DNA of 64,000 nucleotides from Rickettsia typhi (GCA_945875925.1 CAMCME010000002.1:1119-65118); one strand, 5' to 3'. Shown: positions 18,974-28,005, counted from the stretch's first letter. Notes: generated by a model from the sequence alone, not told the origin. Made by a program: numbers and translations.

Positions 18974-19056
18974 GAGATCCCGAAACAAGTTCGGGATGAC
19001 GAAGTCTTGGGTATAGATATTACCACTTTCGTCATCCTGAACTTGTTTCAGGATCT
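18974..19056. repeat. Inside-out pair of palindromic-element arms (..GGGATGAC - spacer - GTCATCC..)
   Basis: Two copies of the arm GTCATCC(C/T)GAACTTGTTTC(G/A)GGATC face away from each other across a 30-bp spacer. A compensatory C/T-G/A change keeps each mini-hairpin. Confidence 0.75.
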
Positions 19057-19063
19057 TTTGCAA

Positions 19064-19528
19064 CTACTTAATTTCGAAAATTGCATCAACTTCAACTGCA
19101 ACTCCGAAAGGCAAAGAACCAGATCCAACAGCCGCGCGAGCATGTTTTCCAGCATCACCCAAAACTTCAACCATCAAGTCAGAAGCGCCATTTGCAACTG
19201 CAGGGTGATCTTTAAAATTAGCATCACCATTAACGAAGATTCCAAGTTTTACGCAGCGAACCACACGCTCTAAATCTCCATCGCAAGCCACTTTCAATTG
19301 AGCCAAAAGACCAATTGCACAAAGACGCGCCGCTTTTTTTGCATCTTCCGCAGAAATTTCTGAACCAACTTTTCCAATTGCCTGCAATTTGCCAGCTTCA
19401 AATGGAAGTTGACCAGAAACGATAACTTGGTTGCCCGATTTCACAAATCCAACATAGTTAGCAACTGGCGCCGCTGGAGTTGGTAGAATGATTCCAAGTG
19501 CTGATAATTTTGCTTCAATTTTTGACAT
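19064..19528 (-). CDS. RidA/YjgF-family reactive intermediate deaminase
   Basis: 154 aa with the typical layout ..G..V.VSGQLP... and a C-terminal R.AVG...LP....VE.D.I.E. Confidence 0.85.
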   Translation of the reverse strand: MSKIEAKLSALGIILPTPAAPVANYVGFVKSGNQVIVSGQLPFEAGKLQAIGKVGSEISAEDAKKAARLCAIGLLAQLKVACDGDLERVVRCVKLGIFVNGDANFKDHPAVANGASDLMVEVLGDAGKHARAAVGSGSLPFGVAVEVDAIFEIK

Positions 19529-19546
19529 TTTTACTCCGTTTTTTGA

Positions 19547-20047
19547 TTAATTTTTTAGTCCAAGATTTTTAACTCTAATTTCTAAAGCTCTCTCAGAAGC
19601 CTGAAAAATTACAGACATCTCCCTTAGAGATTTTTTTTCTTCACAATAATAATATTCTACAGCATCTTTCGGCATTAAAAGAGCGGCCGCAAAAGCATTC
19701 GCTTCAGATTCATGTTCTGAGGTAATATTGGGATTGAAAAGTTCGTCTGCCTTAGAGGTTCTATAAGCGGGGGTATCGTTTACGCCGTCTCCTATTTTAT
19801 CTTTGTGAAGCAAGAAATGACCTAGCTCGTGAGCCATGGTGAAGCGCTTTCTATAATAAAACTCACTTTTTTGGAGTGAAATTTTATAATCTTCTTCTCC
19901 CACTTTTCTAATCTCGCCACTTAGCCCATCGGCCAATTCAGCATTCTTATCGAGCTGAATACCATGAAGACGAATCATGCCCTCGATGTTCACTGGAAGA
20001 CTGTTTAATAACTCTTTTAAGTTTTGGTTTTTCATATTTTGCCTCAT
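19547..20047 (-). CDS. ImmA/IrrE-family zinc metallopeptidase (COG2856-like)
   Basis: 166 aa with HEXXH motif TMAHELGHFLLH and the downstream E.EAN.FAAALLMP motif characteristic of ImmA/IrrE. Confidence 0.75.
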   Translation of the reverse strand: MRQNMKNQNLKELLNSLPVNIEGMIRLHGIQLDKNAELADGLSGEIRKVGEEDYKISLQKSEFYYRKRFTMAHELGHFLLHKDKIGDGVNDTPAYRTSKADELFNPNITSEHESEANAFAAALLMPKDAVEYYYCEEKKSLREMSVIFQASERALEIRVKNLGLKN

Positions 20048-20049
20048 AT

Positions 20050-20499
20050 TTACAAATTTTCGTACTCTTCTTTCATGTCTTTCTTCGCTTCTTGCTTTGC
20101 TTCTTTAACTATGTCAACTCCCATTAAAATCTTTCCCACCACCTCTTCTTTTATTCTCTCTCCATTTTCTCTAATCCATACCGCGGCTACAGACCTAGCA
20201 ATATCCTCAGAGCTTTCCTTAATGTGCAAAAATCCAAAAATCGCTCCAAATCCAATAACTATCCCAAATAAAGCAAGCACTAATGTAATTGTATCAAGCC
20301 TGCCAAGCTGACTAGCATAAGAAATTGAATCAGCAACACTCTCCAACTTTATGCATTTCAAACTTTTTAAATAATATTCCTTAGATTCTTCAATTTTATA
20401 TTTCTCATCTCCTATTTTTAAAAGCATCCAAAGAAAACTTAAGCAGAAGACATTTGTTAGTAAGCTTAGACCAATAAAAAAGTTTTTTAGAATTTTCAT
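20050..20499 (-). CDS. Small membrane protein of unknown function (two predicted TM helices, charged coiled C-terminus)
   Basis: 149-aa ORF ending 2 nt before the ImmA-like start. It has hydrophobic segments FFIGLSLLTNVFCLSFLWMLL and ITLVLALFGIVIGFGAIFGFL. No recognisable family. Confidence 0.55.
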   Translation of the reverse strand: MKILKNFFIGLSLLTNVFCLSFLWMLLKIGDEKYKIEESKEYYLKSLKCIKLESVADSISYASQLGRLDTITLVLALFGIVIGFGAIFGFLHIKESSEDIARSVAAVWIRENGERIKEEVVGKILMGVDIVKEAKQEAKKDMKEEYENL

Positions 20500-20551
20500 G
20501 ATTCGGATTTGTTTGTGATGTTTGCGTCGCCGAGTTGCTCTAGTTTTTTAA

Positions 20552-21553
20552 TTATCTACCAACAATCCCCAATTTTTCAAACAATTTCTGATCCTTCTCA
20601 GCTTCAGGATTAGAAGTAGTTAACAATTTTTCACCATAAAAAATTGAATTAGCGCCCGCCAAGAAACACAAAGCTTGAGTCTGTTCATTCATATTTTCTC
20701 TGCCTGCCGACAAACGCACCACCGATTTTGGCATCATGATTCTAGCAACGGCAATGGTGCGAATAAATTCAAATTGATCTAATTCTGCCACTTCTTCCAT
20801 TGGCGTGCCTTTAACTTTCACCAACATGTTAATTGGAACTGATTGCGGATGTTGTGGCAAATTGGCCAAAATGATCAACATTTTTGCGCGATCTTCAAGC
20901 TTTTCTCCCATACCAACAATACCGCCAGAACAAACATTTAAGCCAGCTTCGCGCACATTTTTTAAAGTGTTTAAACGATCTTCAAAATTTCTAGTTGAGA
21001 TAATTTCAGAATAAAATTCTGGAGAAGTGTCGATATTGTGATTGTAAAAATCTAAGCCCGCTTCCTTCAATTTCTTGCTTTGCTCATCTGTCAACATTCC
21101 CAAAGTCATGCAAGTTTCAAGACCTGTATTTTTAACTTCTCCAATAATGTTACAAATTGTTTCAACATCGCGATCATTAAGATTTCTCCAAGCGGCACCC
21201 ATGCAAAACCTTGAGGCTCCTGCTTCTTTAGCATTTTTAGCGGCATCTAAAATTTTACTAATTTCCATCAAAGATTCTTTTTCTAGGCCAGTGTTGTAAT
21301 GGGCTGATTGCGGACAATATTTACAATTTTCTGGGCAAGAACCAGTTTTAATGCTGAGAAGCGTGCTAATTTGCACGGCGTTTTGATTGTGATTAGCGCG
21401 ATGTATTTGGGCAGCTTTGAAAATTAAGTCGTTAAAAGGCAAATTAAAAAGATCTATAACTTCCTCAACCTTCCAATCATGCTTGGTTTCATTGCCAATT
21501 AAAGTGTCGAAAAGCTGCTTGGCTAAATTTTGTATTTCATGAACTTGTTGCAT
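20552..21553 (-). CDS. bioB: Biotin synthase
   Basis: 333 aa with radical-SAM CxxxCxxC ([11 protein letters not shown]) and the conserved GA.W, YNHN.DTS and NVCSGGI.G.GE motifs. Confidence 0.93.
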   Translation of the reverse strand: MQQVHEIQNLAKQLFDTLIGNETKHDWKVEEVIDLFNLPFNDLIFKAAQIHRANHNQNAVQISTLLSIKTGSCPENCKYCPQSAHYNTGLEKESLMEISKILDAAKNAKEAGASRFCMGAAWRNLNDRDVETICNIIGEVKNTGLETCMTLGMLTDEQSKKLKEAGLDFYNHNIDTSPEFYSEIISTRNFEDRLNTLKNVREAGLNVCSGGIVGMGEKLEDRAKMLIILANLPQHPQSVPINMLVKVKGTPMEEVAELDQFEFIRTIAVARIMMPKSVVRLSAGRENMNEQTQALCFLAGANSIFYGEKLLTTSNPEAEKDQKLFEKLGIVGR

Positions 21554-21612
21554 GCGTTCTTTGTGAGAAATTTATTTATCAGAAATATTGGGAGAAGGCG
21601 AAATTATCAATT

Positions 21613-22818
21613 TTACTTCCAAATAATCAAACACTTAAAAAGCTTGCCCATTTGCTTTTTATCAATCAGGCGATCGATTTCGCTATTGATTTCGTCTTGT
21701 TGCTGAAGCGATTTATTTTCGAGCAGAATTTTTCGGCGCTCTTCAATTCCAAGACTCAAGAAAAAATCTGCTTGTGAAATTAGTGAAGAATTTAGGCTGT
21801 AATTTTTTGCAATATTTTCAAGCATTGGGAAATTGACTAGAGCTGTAATATCAGCCTCTCCTGGAGTTTTTAGACAATCGTAGAATTGATGATTTTTTAA
21901 GGCTTGAAGTGTGTTTACGAAGTCGTTTTTTATGTAACCGTAATCGATGATAAGAGCAATTCCGCCTTGTTTTTGTAAGGCCAAAGACAATTCCTGCATG
22001 AAGTTCGCTGCAGAAAAACTATGTTCAAAAACTGCGCCTTCCCCTACAACCTCGTCATCCTTGGATGCTTCAGCATCCGAGGATCTCATAAGTTCAGCCT
22101 CCGAGCTTGCTGAGTTTAAGATTCCTGAGATCCTCGGCACTGCATGCCAAGGATGACGAGTGTTGGAATTGGTAAGTAATTTCTCAATAATGCCATTTTT
22201 TATTGGATCAAATTTTTCAGTAAAAAATCCTAATTCTTCACCATTAATTCCAACGGTTTTTTCGCACCAGCCTTGAGAATTTTTAATAAATTGATTGATG
22301 GCAAAGCAGTCAAATAGCTCGTTGGCGATGAAATAAATTTCTCTTTCTGGAATATTTTTTTCTAGGGAATTTGTAAAATCTTGAAAATTGCTAAACCAAT
22401 TTATTTGAACACCAATTTCACTTAAATTTTCTTGCTGATTTTTTTGTAAAGCAGGGCTGATTTCAACAATATTAAAAGTGGTTTTTCTTAAAAAATTCTG
22501 TGCTTCTGGAATATTTTTTTCTGCTAATTTTTTTATAACTTGAAGCAAATCTTTAAATAAATTGCCGCGTCCAGCACCCATTTCAACCAGCGCTATTGGC
22601 CTCTTTGCGTGACTTGCCAAATTTATAAAATAAATGGCAATTAACTCGCCAAAAACTTGGCTAATTTCTGGAGCTGTTGTGAAGTCGCCCGCTTTTCCGA
22701 TGGGAATTTTTTTTTGGTAATAGCCATAAGTAGGATTGAACAAAGCCTCATTCATAAATTCGGCGATTGTGATTGGTCCGTTAATTTTGATGAGGGATTT
22801 GAGGCTGTTGATTAGCAT
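21613..22818 (-). CDS. SAM-dependent methyltransferase, MidA/NDUFAF7 (DUF185) family, carrying an in-frame palindromic-element insertion
   Basis: N-terminus GPITIAEFMNEALFNPTYGYY....IGKAGDFTTAPEISQVFGE and EMGAGRG. Residues TRHPWHAVPRISGILNSASSEAELMRSSDAEASKDDEV are encoded by repeat 22051-22160. Confidence 0.8.
   Translation of the reverse strand: MLINSLKSLIKINGPITIAEFMNEALFNPTYGYYQKKIPIGKAGDFTTAPEISQVFGELIAIYFINLASHAKRPIALVEMGAGRGNLFKDLLQVIKKLAEKNIPEAQNFLRKTTFNIVEISPALQKNQQENLSEIGVQINWFSNFQDFTNSLEKNIPEREIYFIANELFDCFAINQFIKNSQGWCEKTVGINGEELGFFTEKFDPIKNGIIEKLLTNSNTRHPWHAVPRISGILNSASSEAELMRSSDAEASKDDEVVGEGAVFEHSFSAANFMQELSLALQKQGGIALIIDYGYIKNDFVNTLQALKNHQFYDCLKTPGEADITALVNFPMLENIAKNYSLNSSLISQADFFLSLGIEERRKILLENKSLQQQDEINSEIDRLIDKKQMGKLFKCLIIWK
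22051..22160. repeat. Palindromic element, family C, inside the MidA-like CDS
   Basis: 14-bp perfect termini CTCGTCATCCTTGG/CCAAGGATGACGAG, inner CGAGGATCTCA/TGAGATCCTCG stem and two side mini-hairpins. The host ORF stays open across it. Confidence 0.9.
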
Positions 22819-22833
22819 GGGAAAATATATTAT

Positions 22834-22922
22834 CTGTCATTTCGAGAACAGCGAGAAATCTCGGGAAGCTTAAACTCCAAGTTTCAATCTCATGAGATTT
22901 CTCGCTGCGCTCGAAATGACAG
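22834..22922. repeat. Palindromic element, family A
   Basis: CTGTCATTTCGAG..GCGAGAAATCTC arms with an inverted partner. Intergenic between hisH and the MidA-like gene. Confidence 0.9.
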
Positions 22923-22957
22923 CTTGGTTAGAAAGATAGTCTGTGTTAAAGACTAAA

Positions 22958-23584
22958 TTAAAAACTAAGAAAATTTTTCAGAATTTTTAAACCTGTTTCG
23001 CCGCTTTTTTCAGGGTGAAATTGCAGGCCGATGATATTGTATTTGGCGACTATGGCGCAGATATTTGAACCATATTCCACAAAAGCCAATTCTTGATTTT
23101 TATCTGCGCATTTAAAGTGATAGCTATTTGCAAAATAAAGGTGATCGCCGCTTTTAACACCTTGTAATATTTTGTGATTTTCGTCCTTAACCACCAATTC
23201 ATTCCAGCCCATATGTGGAACTTTTATTGTTTCGCTAGCTATAATTTTTTTCACCTCACCTTTAATAAATCCAAGGCCTTCATGCTCGCCATCTTCATAA
23301 CCAATTGAAGCTAAAACTTGCATGCCAACGCAGATTCCAACGAAAGGTTTTTTTTCAACCAAAACTTGTTGTTTGATTTCTTCAAGCAAGCCCGAAACTG
23401 ATTTTAAACCAGCCATACAATCAGCAAAAGCGCCAACTCCAGGTAAAATCAAAAGATCGGCAGATTTAATTTCATTAGGATTTTTGGAGATGATAATTTT
23501 GTGATTTTCTTTGATCTTCTCTAGCGAGTTAAGAACCGATTTTATATTTCCCGAACCATAATCAATTATGACAACTTTTTTCAT
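22958..23584 (-). CDS. hisH: Imidazole glycerol phosphate synthase, glutamine amidotransferase subunit HisH
   Basis: 208 aa with IIDYGSGN, the catalytic GICVGMQ cysteine and the QFHPEKS histidine. Confidence 0.88.
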   Translation of the reverse strand: MKKVVIIDYGSGNIKSVLNSLEKIKENHKIIISKNPNEIKSADLLILPGVGAFADCMAGLKSVSGLLEEIKQQVLVEKKPFVGICVGMQVLASIGYEDGEHEGLGFIKGEVKKIIASETIKVPHMGWNELVVKDENHKILQGVKSGDHLYFANSYHFKCADKNQELAFVEYGSNICAIVAKYNIIGLQFHPEKSGETGLKILKNFLSF

Positions 23585-23588
23585 AATT

Positions 23589-24089
23589 TTAGACGGTAAA
23601 ATATGGTTCCTGTTTTTTCAGCTTCATCATTTTGCGATGTAATTTTGGATTCATAATCGCGTCATCAAATTCTATGTCATCAAGCTCGCCTTCAAGGCTT
23701 TTTATAAAACGCATTTTGGCGTTAACTCTGTCACTTCCAAAAACCAAACCTACAAATTCGTAACCTCTTTTTTTCAAATCTTCGGCAAGCCAAAAATTAG
23801 CATTAAGCGCAATGATAAGAAGCAAAGATATTTCAAGCATTGTTTCATCAAAACCCGACAAAGATCCAGACGCACAAAAAGCTGCGAAGAAAATACTAGT
23901 TGCCATCAAGACAAGAGACTCTTTCCACATTTTGTGATATAAAAACCAAAAACTACTGAATATGAATGCTGCGCAGGAAAATCCTTCTTTGAGAAGAATG
24001 ATATCTTCTATTTTTCCTTCTTTATTTTTTTTGATTAGGGCGTTGTAGAGTTTCATGGATGGGAATATTTCTTCTACATTGCGCTCCAC
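23589..24089 (-). CDS. DUF2628-like membrane protein (his-operon associated in alphaproteobacteria)
   Basis: 166 aa with the pattern LLKEGFSCAAFIFSSFWFLYHKMW plus a second TM segment. It lies immediately upstream of hisH, as I recall for alphaproteobacterial his clusters. Confidence 0.5.
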   Translation of the reverse strand: MERNVEEIFPSMKLYNALIKKNKEGKIEDIILLKEGFSCAAFIFSSFWFLYHKMWKESLVLMATSIFFAAFCASGSLSGFDETMLEISLLLIIALNANFWLAEDLKKRGYEFVGLVFGSDRVNAKMRFIKSLEGELDDIEFDDAIMNPKLHRKMMKLKKQEPYFTV

Positions 24090-24142
24090 TGATAAGAGCG
24101 GGAAAAGAGCTTTGGGGCGAGCTTAAAGCCCGCCCTACTAAC

Positions 24143-24502
24143 TTATGCTTTTAAAGCTGATTTAGCTTTTTCAACAATTTTAGCGAAAGTTTCTGGCTCT
24201 CTGATCGCAAGATCAGAAAGAACTTTACGATCTAAATCGATATTAGCCAATTTTAGACCATTGATGAATTTTGAATAAATTAAACCATGCTCTCTAACAG
24301 CAGCGTTGATTCTTTGAATCCAAAGAGCGCGGAAGTCTCTTTTTCTAGCTCTACGATCGCGGTAAGCGTAACGCAATGCTTTTTCAACTTTTTGAATTGC
24401 AATGCGGAAGCAATTTTTTGCTCTGCCGCGATAGCCTTTAGCAAGTTTAAGAATTTTTTTGTGTCTAGCTTTTTTAGTGACACCTCTTTTTACACGACTC
24501 AT
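24143..24502 (-). CDS. rplT: 50S ribosomal protein L20
   Basis: 119 aa: [27 protein letters not shown]...YAYRDRR.RKRDFR.LWI.RINAA. Confidence 0.95.
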   Translation of the reverse strand: MSRVKRGVTKKARHKKILKLAKGYRGRAKNCFRIAIQKVEKALRYAYRDRRARKRDFRALWIQRINAAVREHGLIYSKFINGLKLANIDLDRKVLSDLAIREPETFAKIVEKAKSALKA

Positions 24503-24527
24503 ATTTTGTCCTTCTTTAAGTTATAAT

Positions 24528-24731
24528 TTAGTGGCTGTAAGGCATTTTGAATTTCATAATGCTGTGAGAATGTCCAGGAGAAAGTACTGCTTGATTACGC
24601 AGCTGTCTGATTCTTCTGTTACTCTTCTTACCTAAATTATGCCTTTTTCCGGCTTGTTTATGAACAAGTTTTCCTGTTCCGGTAACTTTGAATCTCTTCT
24701 TAGCCCCGCTGTGTGTTTTCATTTTCGGCAT
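24528..24731 (-). CDS. rpmI: 50S ribosomal protein L35
   Basis: 67 aa: [21 protein letters not shown].....AGKRH. Directly upstream of rplT. Confidence 0.93.
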   Translation of the reverse strand: MPKMKTHSGAKKRFKVTGTGKLVHKQAGKRHNLGKKSNRRIRQLRNQAVLSPGHSHSIMKFKMPYSH

Positions 24732-24930
24732 ATCGTTTTGGTAATTTAAATTTTAAATTAAAGCAGTTTTGAGGCCGCTAATGGACTAGTGCTAACGCAT
24801 AAGTCACTTCTTCAGGCGCAAAGGTAGAAAGCCTTAACCTAGGAACCTAGAGACCACGAAAAACATCTTCGTGGATTATTCTCGAGTATTTTAAAATCAG
24901 CATCCGCCGATATTAAAATTCAAAGAATTT

Positions 24931-25007
24931 TGGTGGGATTGATAGGACTCGAACCTATGACCAAGACGTTATGAGCATCCTGCTCTAACCAACTGAGCTA
25001 CAATCCC
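24931..25007 (-). tRNA. tRNA with CAU anticodon (elongator Met-type or lysidine-modified Ile2; not initiator, as 1:72 is paired)
   Basis: Manual cloverleaf: GGGATTG TA GCTC-AGTTGGTTA-GAGC A GGATG-CTCATAA-CGTCT TGGTC ATAGG-TTCGAGT-CCTAT CAATCCC A CCA. Confidence 0.9.
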
Positions 25008-25074
25008 GTAAAAACTACAACTCCTACCGACCTCAGTTGGTAGTTTAATTTTGCGCTGCTAATGCAGACGGGGG

Positions 25075-25090
25075 CTGAGCTACAATCCCG
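25075..25090 (-). repeat. Duplicated 16-nt copy of the tRNA(CAU) 5' end
   Basis: CTGAGCTACAATCCCG occurs at 24993-25008 (inside the tRNA) and again at 25075-25090, 82 nt upstream on the tRNA strand. Confidence 0.85.
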
Positions 25091-25212
25091 CTGCTGAAAA
25101 ATTCCCAAGCAAAGTAAGTCGGTTTTTTTGAAAAACTATCTTGAATTACATGGAAAGGGCCGCGCAAATTATCGGCCTTGTTGGTTTTTGCAAGGAATTT
25201 GTTGAACCAGCC

Positions 25213-25297
25213 TTGTCATCTCGAACTTTAGTGAGAGATCTAATGAGGCTCCTGCCGACAAACTCATGAGATCTCTAGCTTCGCTCGAGATGACAGG
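25213..25297. repeat. Palindromic element, family A (GTCATCTCGAAC variant)
   Basis: Inverted arms TTGTCATCTCGAAC..GTGAGAGATCT / AGATCTCT..CTCGAGATGACAGG, 18 nt downstream of the grpE stop. Confidence 0.85.
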
Positions 25298-25314
25298 TTG
25301 CATTTAGAATTTAA

Positions 25315-25908
25315 TTAAGCTTTAGGCTTCGCAACTCCAACTAGCGCTGGGCGAATCAAGCGATCAGAAATTGAATATCCAGCTTGAATAACTTGTACAA
25401 CAGTTCCTTTTTCAGCGTCACTTTCAATTTGGGCGATTGCTTCGTGGAAATTGTGATCGAATTTTTCGTTAAGTGGCGAAAGTCTTTTGATCTGATTTTT
25501 TTCTAGAACTTTCATCATTTCTTTTTTGGTCATATTCATGGCCTCGAAGAAATTTTTGAAAGTTGGAGATTTTTCAATTTCTGCTTGTGGAGAATTGTCA
25601 GTGGCTAAAAAGAAATTTTCTACAACCACAACTAAATCTCCAGCAAATCCTGAAATAGCATATTTGCCGATTTTTTCCATTTCTTCACGAGAACGCCTTC
25701 TGACATTTTCAGTTTCAGCCATAGCGCGCAAAACTTTGTCATTTAAATCGATGACAGCTTTTTCTAACAAAGCGATTTTTTCGTCTTTTGCTGATTCAAG
25801 ATTTTGTTCTGGCTGATTTTGCTCAGCTAAATTTTCCTCAGACAAATTTTCTTCAGGCAAATTTTCCTCAGGCAAGTTTTCCTCAGGCAAGTTTTTATTT
25901 TCTTCCAT
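25315..25908 (-). CDS. grpE: Nucleotide exchange factor GrpE with N-terminal pentapeptide repeats
   Basis: 197 aa with a GrpE core (LRA.AE.EN.RRR; C-terminal GY...DR.IRPA.VGV). The N-terminus is (P/S/A)E(E/Q)N(L/Q) repeated six times. Confidence 0.9.
   Translation of the reverse strand: MEENKNLPEENLPEENLPEENLSEENLAEQNQPEQNLESAKDEKIALLEKAVIDLNDKVLRAMAETENVRRRSREEMEKIGKYAISGFAGDLVVVVENFFLATDNSPQAEIEKSPTFKNFFEAMNMTKKEMMKVLEKNQIKRLSPLNEKFDHNFHEAIAQIESDAEKGTVVQVIQAGYSISDRLIRPALVGVAKPKA
25801..25890 (-). repeat. Tandem 15-bp coding repeat (about 6 units) in the grpE 5' region
   Basis: Consecutive units ATTTTCCTCAGGCAA and variants, in frame, encoding NLPEE-type pentapeptides. Confidence 0.9.
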
Positions 25909-26068
25909 TTTATGTGTAACTCCAAAAAGATTTTTAAAATTGATCTACAAAAGATATGAACCAACCAGCGAATATTCAATAGACAAATTTCGTTGCTTTA
26001 TTTCTGCTAAATATCTTAAATCGCAGACCTTGAACACACACTTCTCCAATACAAAATTAATTACAGAC

Positions 26069-26680
26069 ATGTCAGAAAGAATTATTGAACAGGCCAATTA
26101 TTTGGTCCCGATGGTGGTTGAACAAACAGCTAAAGGCGAAAGATCATTCGACATCTATTCTCGTCTTTTAAAAGAAAGAATCATCTTCTTATCTGGCCAA
26201 GTTAATGACCAAGTTTCTTCTCTGGTAGTGGCGCAATTGCTTTTCTTAGAATCTGAAGATCCAAAAAAAGATATTTATTTTTACATCAATTCACCTGGAG
26301 GCGTTGTAACTTCTGGCCTTGCGATGTATGACACTATGCAATATATTCGTCCAGATGTAGCAACTCTTTGCATCGGACAAGCTGCTTCAATGGGTTCACT
26401 TTTGCTTTGCGCGGGTGCTGCTGGAAAAAGATTTTCTCTACCACATTCTCGCATCATGATTCACCAGCCTTCTGGCGGATATCAAGGTCAAGCAACTGAC
26501 ATTGAAATTCACGCTCAAGAAACTTTGGCTTTAAAAAGAAGATTGAATGAAATTTATGCTAAACATACCGGACAAAAGCTAGCTCATATTGAGAAATCAA
26601 TGGAACGCGACAATTTTATGTCACCTGAAAAAGCTAAAGAATTTGGAATAATTGACGAAGTTATCGAAAAAAGAATCTAA
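26069..26680 (+). CDS. clpP: ATP-dependent Clp protease proteolytic subunit
   Basis: [29 protein letters not shown], catalytic GQAASMGS serine and IHQP histidine. I place the start at the ATG at 26069. The track ORF begins at an upstream TTG (25940). Confidence 0.93.
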   Translation: MSERIIEQANYLVPMVVEQTAKGERSFDIYSRLLKERIIFLSGQVNDQVSSLVVAQLLFLESEDPKKDIYFYINSPGGVVTSGLAMYDTMQYIRPDVATLCIGQAASMGSLLLCAGAAGKRFSLPHSRIMIHQPSGGYQGQATDIEIHAQETLALKRRLNEIYAKHTGQKLAHIEKSMERDNFMSPEKAKEFGIIDEVIEKRI

Positions 26681-26697
26681 AAATAAAATCATAAATC

Positions 26698-28005
26698 ATG
26701 TCAAAGAAAGATAACGAAACTCAAGATCTTTGCTGCTCTTTTTGCGGTAAAAATCAAAATGAAGTAAAAAAATTAGTTGCAGGTCCTACTGTTTTCATTT
26801 GCAACGAATGTATCGGACTATGTACTGACATTCTTCGTGAAGACACTAAAAAATCTCCTTTAAATAAAGGCGACGGTTTAAAGCCAACTCCAAAAGAAAT
26901 CATTAAAGTTTTAGATGATTATGCGATTGGTCAAGAATATGCCAAAAAAGTTTTGGCCGTAGCCGTTTACAATCATTACAAACGCATAGATTCTGGCTTC
27001 ACTTCTGCTAATGGTGAAGTTGAACTTAGCAAATCTAACATCTTAATGATTGGGCCAACCGGCTGTGGTAAAACTTTGCTTGCGCAAACTTTAGCTAGAA
27101 TTTTGGATGTGCCTTTCACTATGGCTGACGCCACTTCTTTAACTGAAGCTGGTTATGTTGGTGATGATGTAGAAAATATTATTTCTCGTCTTTTACAAGC
27201 TGCCAATTTTGATATTGAAAAAACTCAACGCGGCATTGTTTACATTGATGAAATTGATAAGATTGCTAGAAAATCTGAAGAAGGCGCGAGAAGTCGCGAC
27301 ATTTCAGGTGAAGGCGTGCAACAAGGTTTGTTAAAAATTATTGAGGGCACGGTGGCTTCTATTCCAACTCAACCTGGAAAAAGAAATTCACAACAAGAAT
27401 ATGTGCAAGTTGATACTCGCAATATTTTATTCATTTGTGCTGGTGCTTTTTCTGGTCTTGAAAAAATTATTGCAACTCGCGGTAAAGGCTCTTCAATTGG
27501 TTTTGGCGCTGATGTTAGAGCTAAAGATGACCATGAAAGAAAAGATATTTTCAACCATGTTGAGCCGGATGATTTAATTAAATTTGGTTTGATTCCTGAA
27601 ATTGTAGGAAGACTTCCGGTAATTGCTCCTTTAGAAGGTTTGACTGAAAAAGATTTAGTAAAAATTTTATCTGAACCAAAAAATTCTGTTTCCAAACAAT
27701 ATCAAAAACTTTTCAGTTTAGATAAAGTTGAACTGAATTTTGAAGAAGATGCTTTGGTAGAAATTGCTAGAAAAGCAATTGACCGCAAAACTGGCGCCAG
27801 AGGTTTGAGAGCTATTGTTGAGAATGTATTACTTGATACAATGTTTGAAGTTCCTTCGAAGAAAGGAGTTAAATCAGTTAAAGTATTTAAAGAAGTTATT
27901 ACTGAAGATAAGAAACCTGAAATCACTTATCTTTCTAAGGATGAGCTTGAGAAAGAAGAAACTACTTCTTTAGCGATTGTTCCAGCAAAGGAGAAGAAGG
28001 CTTAA
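26698..28005 (+). CDS. clpX: ATP-dependent Clp protease ATP-binding subunit ClpX
   Basis: 435 aa with the zinc-finger CSFCGK...FICNECI, Walker A GPTGCGKT, and the [10 protein letters not shown] and GARGLR motifs. Confidence 0.95.
   Translation: MSKKDNETQDLCCSFCGKNQNEVKKLVAGPTVFICNECIGLCTDILREDTKKSPLNKGDGLKPTPKEIIKVLDDYAIGQEYAKKVLAVAVYNHYKRIDSGFTSANGEVELSKSNILMIGPTGCGKTLLAQTLARILDVPFTMADATSLTEAGYVGDDVENIISRLLQAANFDIEKTQRGIVYIDEIDKIARKSEEGARSRDISGEGVQQGLLKIIEGTVASIPTQPGKRNSQQEYVQVDTRNILFICAGAFSGLEKIIATRGKGSSIGFGADVRAKDDHERKDIFNHVEPDDLIKFGLIPEIVGRLPVIAPLEGLTEKDLVKILSEPKNSVSKQYQKLFSLDKVELNFEEDALVEIARKAIDRKTGARGLRAIVENVLLDTMFEVPSKKGVKSVKVFKEVITEDKKPEITYLSKDELEKEETTSLAIVPAKEKKA

Noticed and set aside
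24732-24930. Possible structured ribosomal-protein leader upstream of rpmI-rplT (hairpin CCACGAA..TTCGTGG at about 24854-24874).
   Set aside because: I see only one modest hairpin and cannot match any known L20/L35 leader architecture by eye. The support is insufficient to call it.
24931-25314. Genomic island or prophage integrated at the tRNA(CAU) gene.
   Set aside because: There is no integrase, phage or accessory gene on either side (rpmI on one side, grpE on the other). Only a 16-nt duplicate of the 5' end exists.
25801-25890. Possible CRISPR-like or other non-coding array, suggested by the regular 15-bp periodicity.
   Set aside because: The units are contiguous with no spacers and lie in frame inside grpE. 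No CRISPR array or cas genes were seen anywhere in the window.
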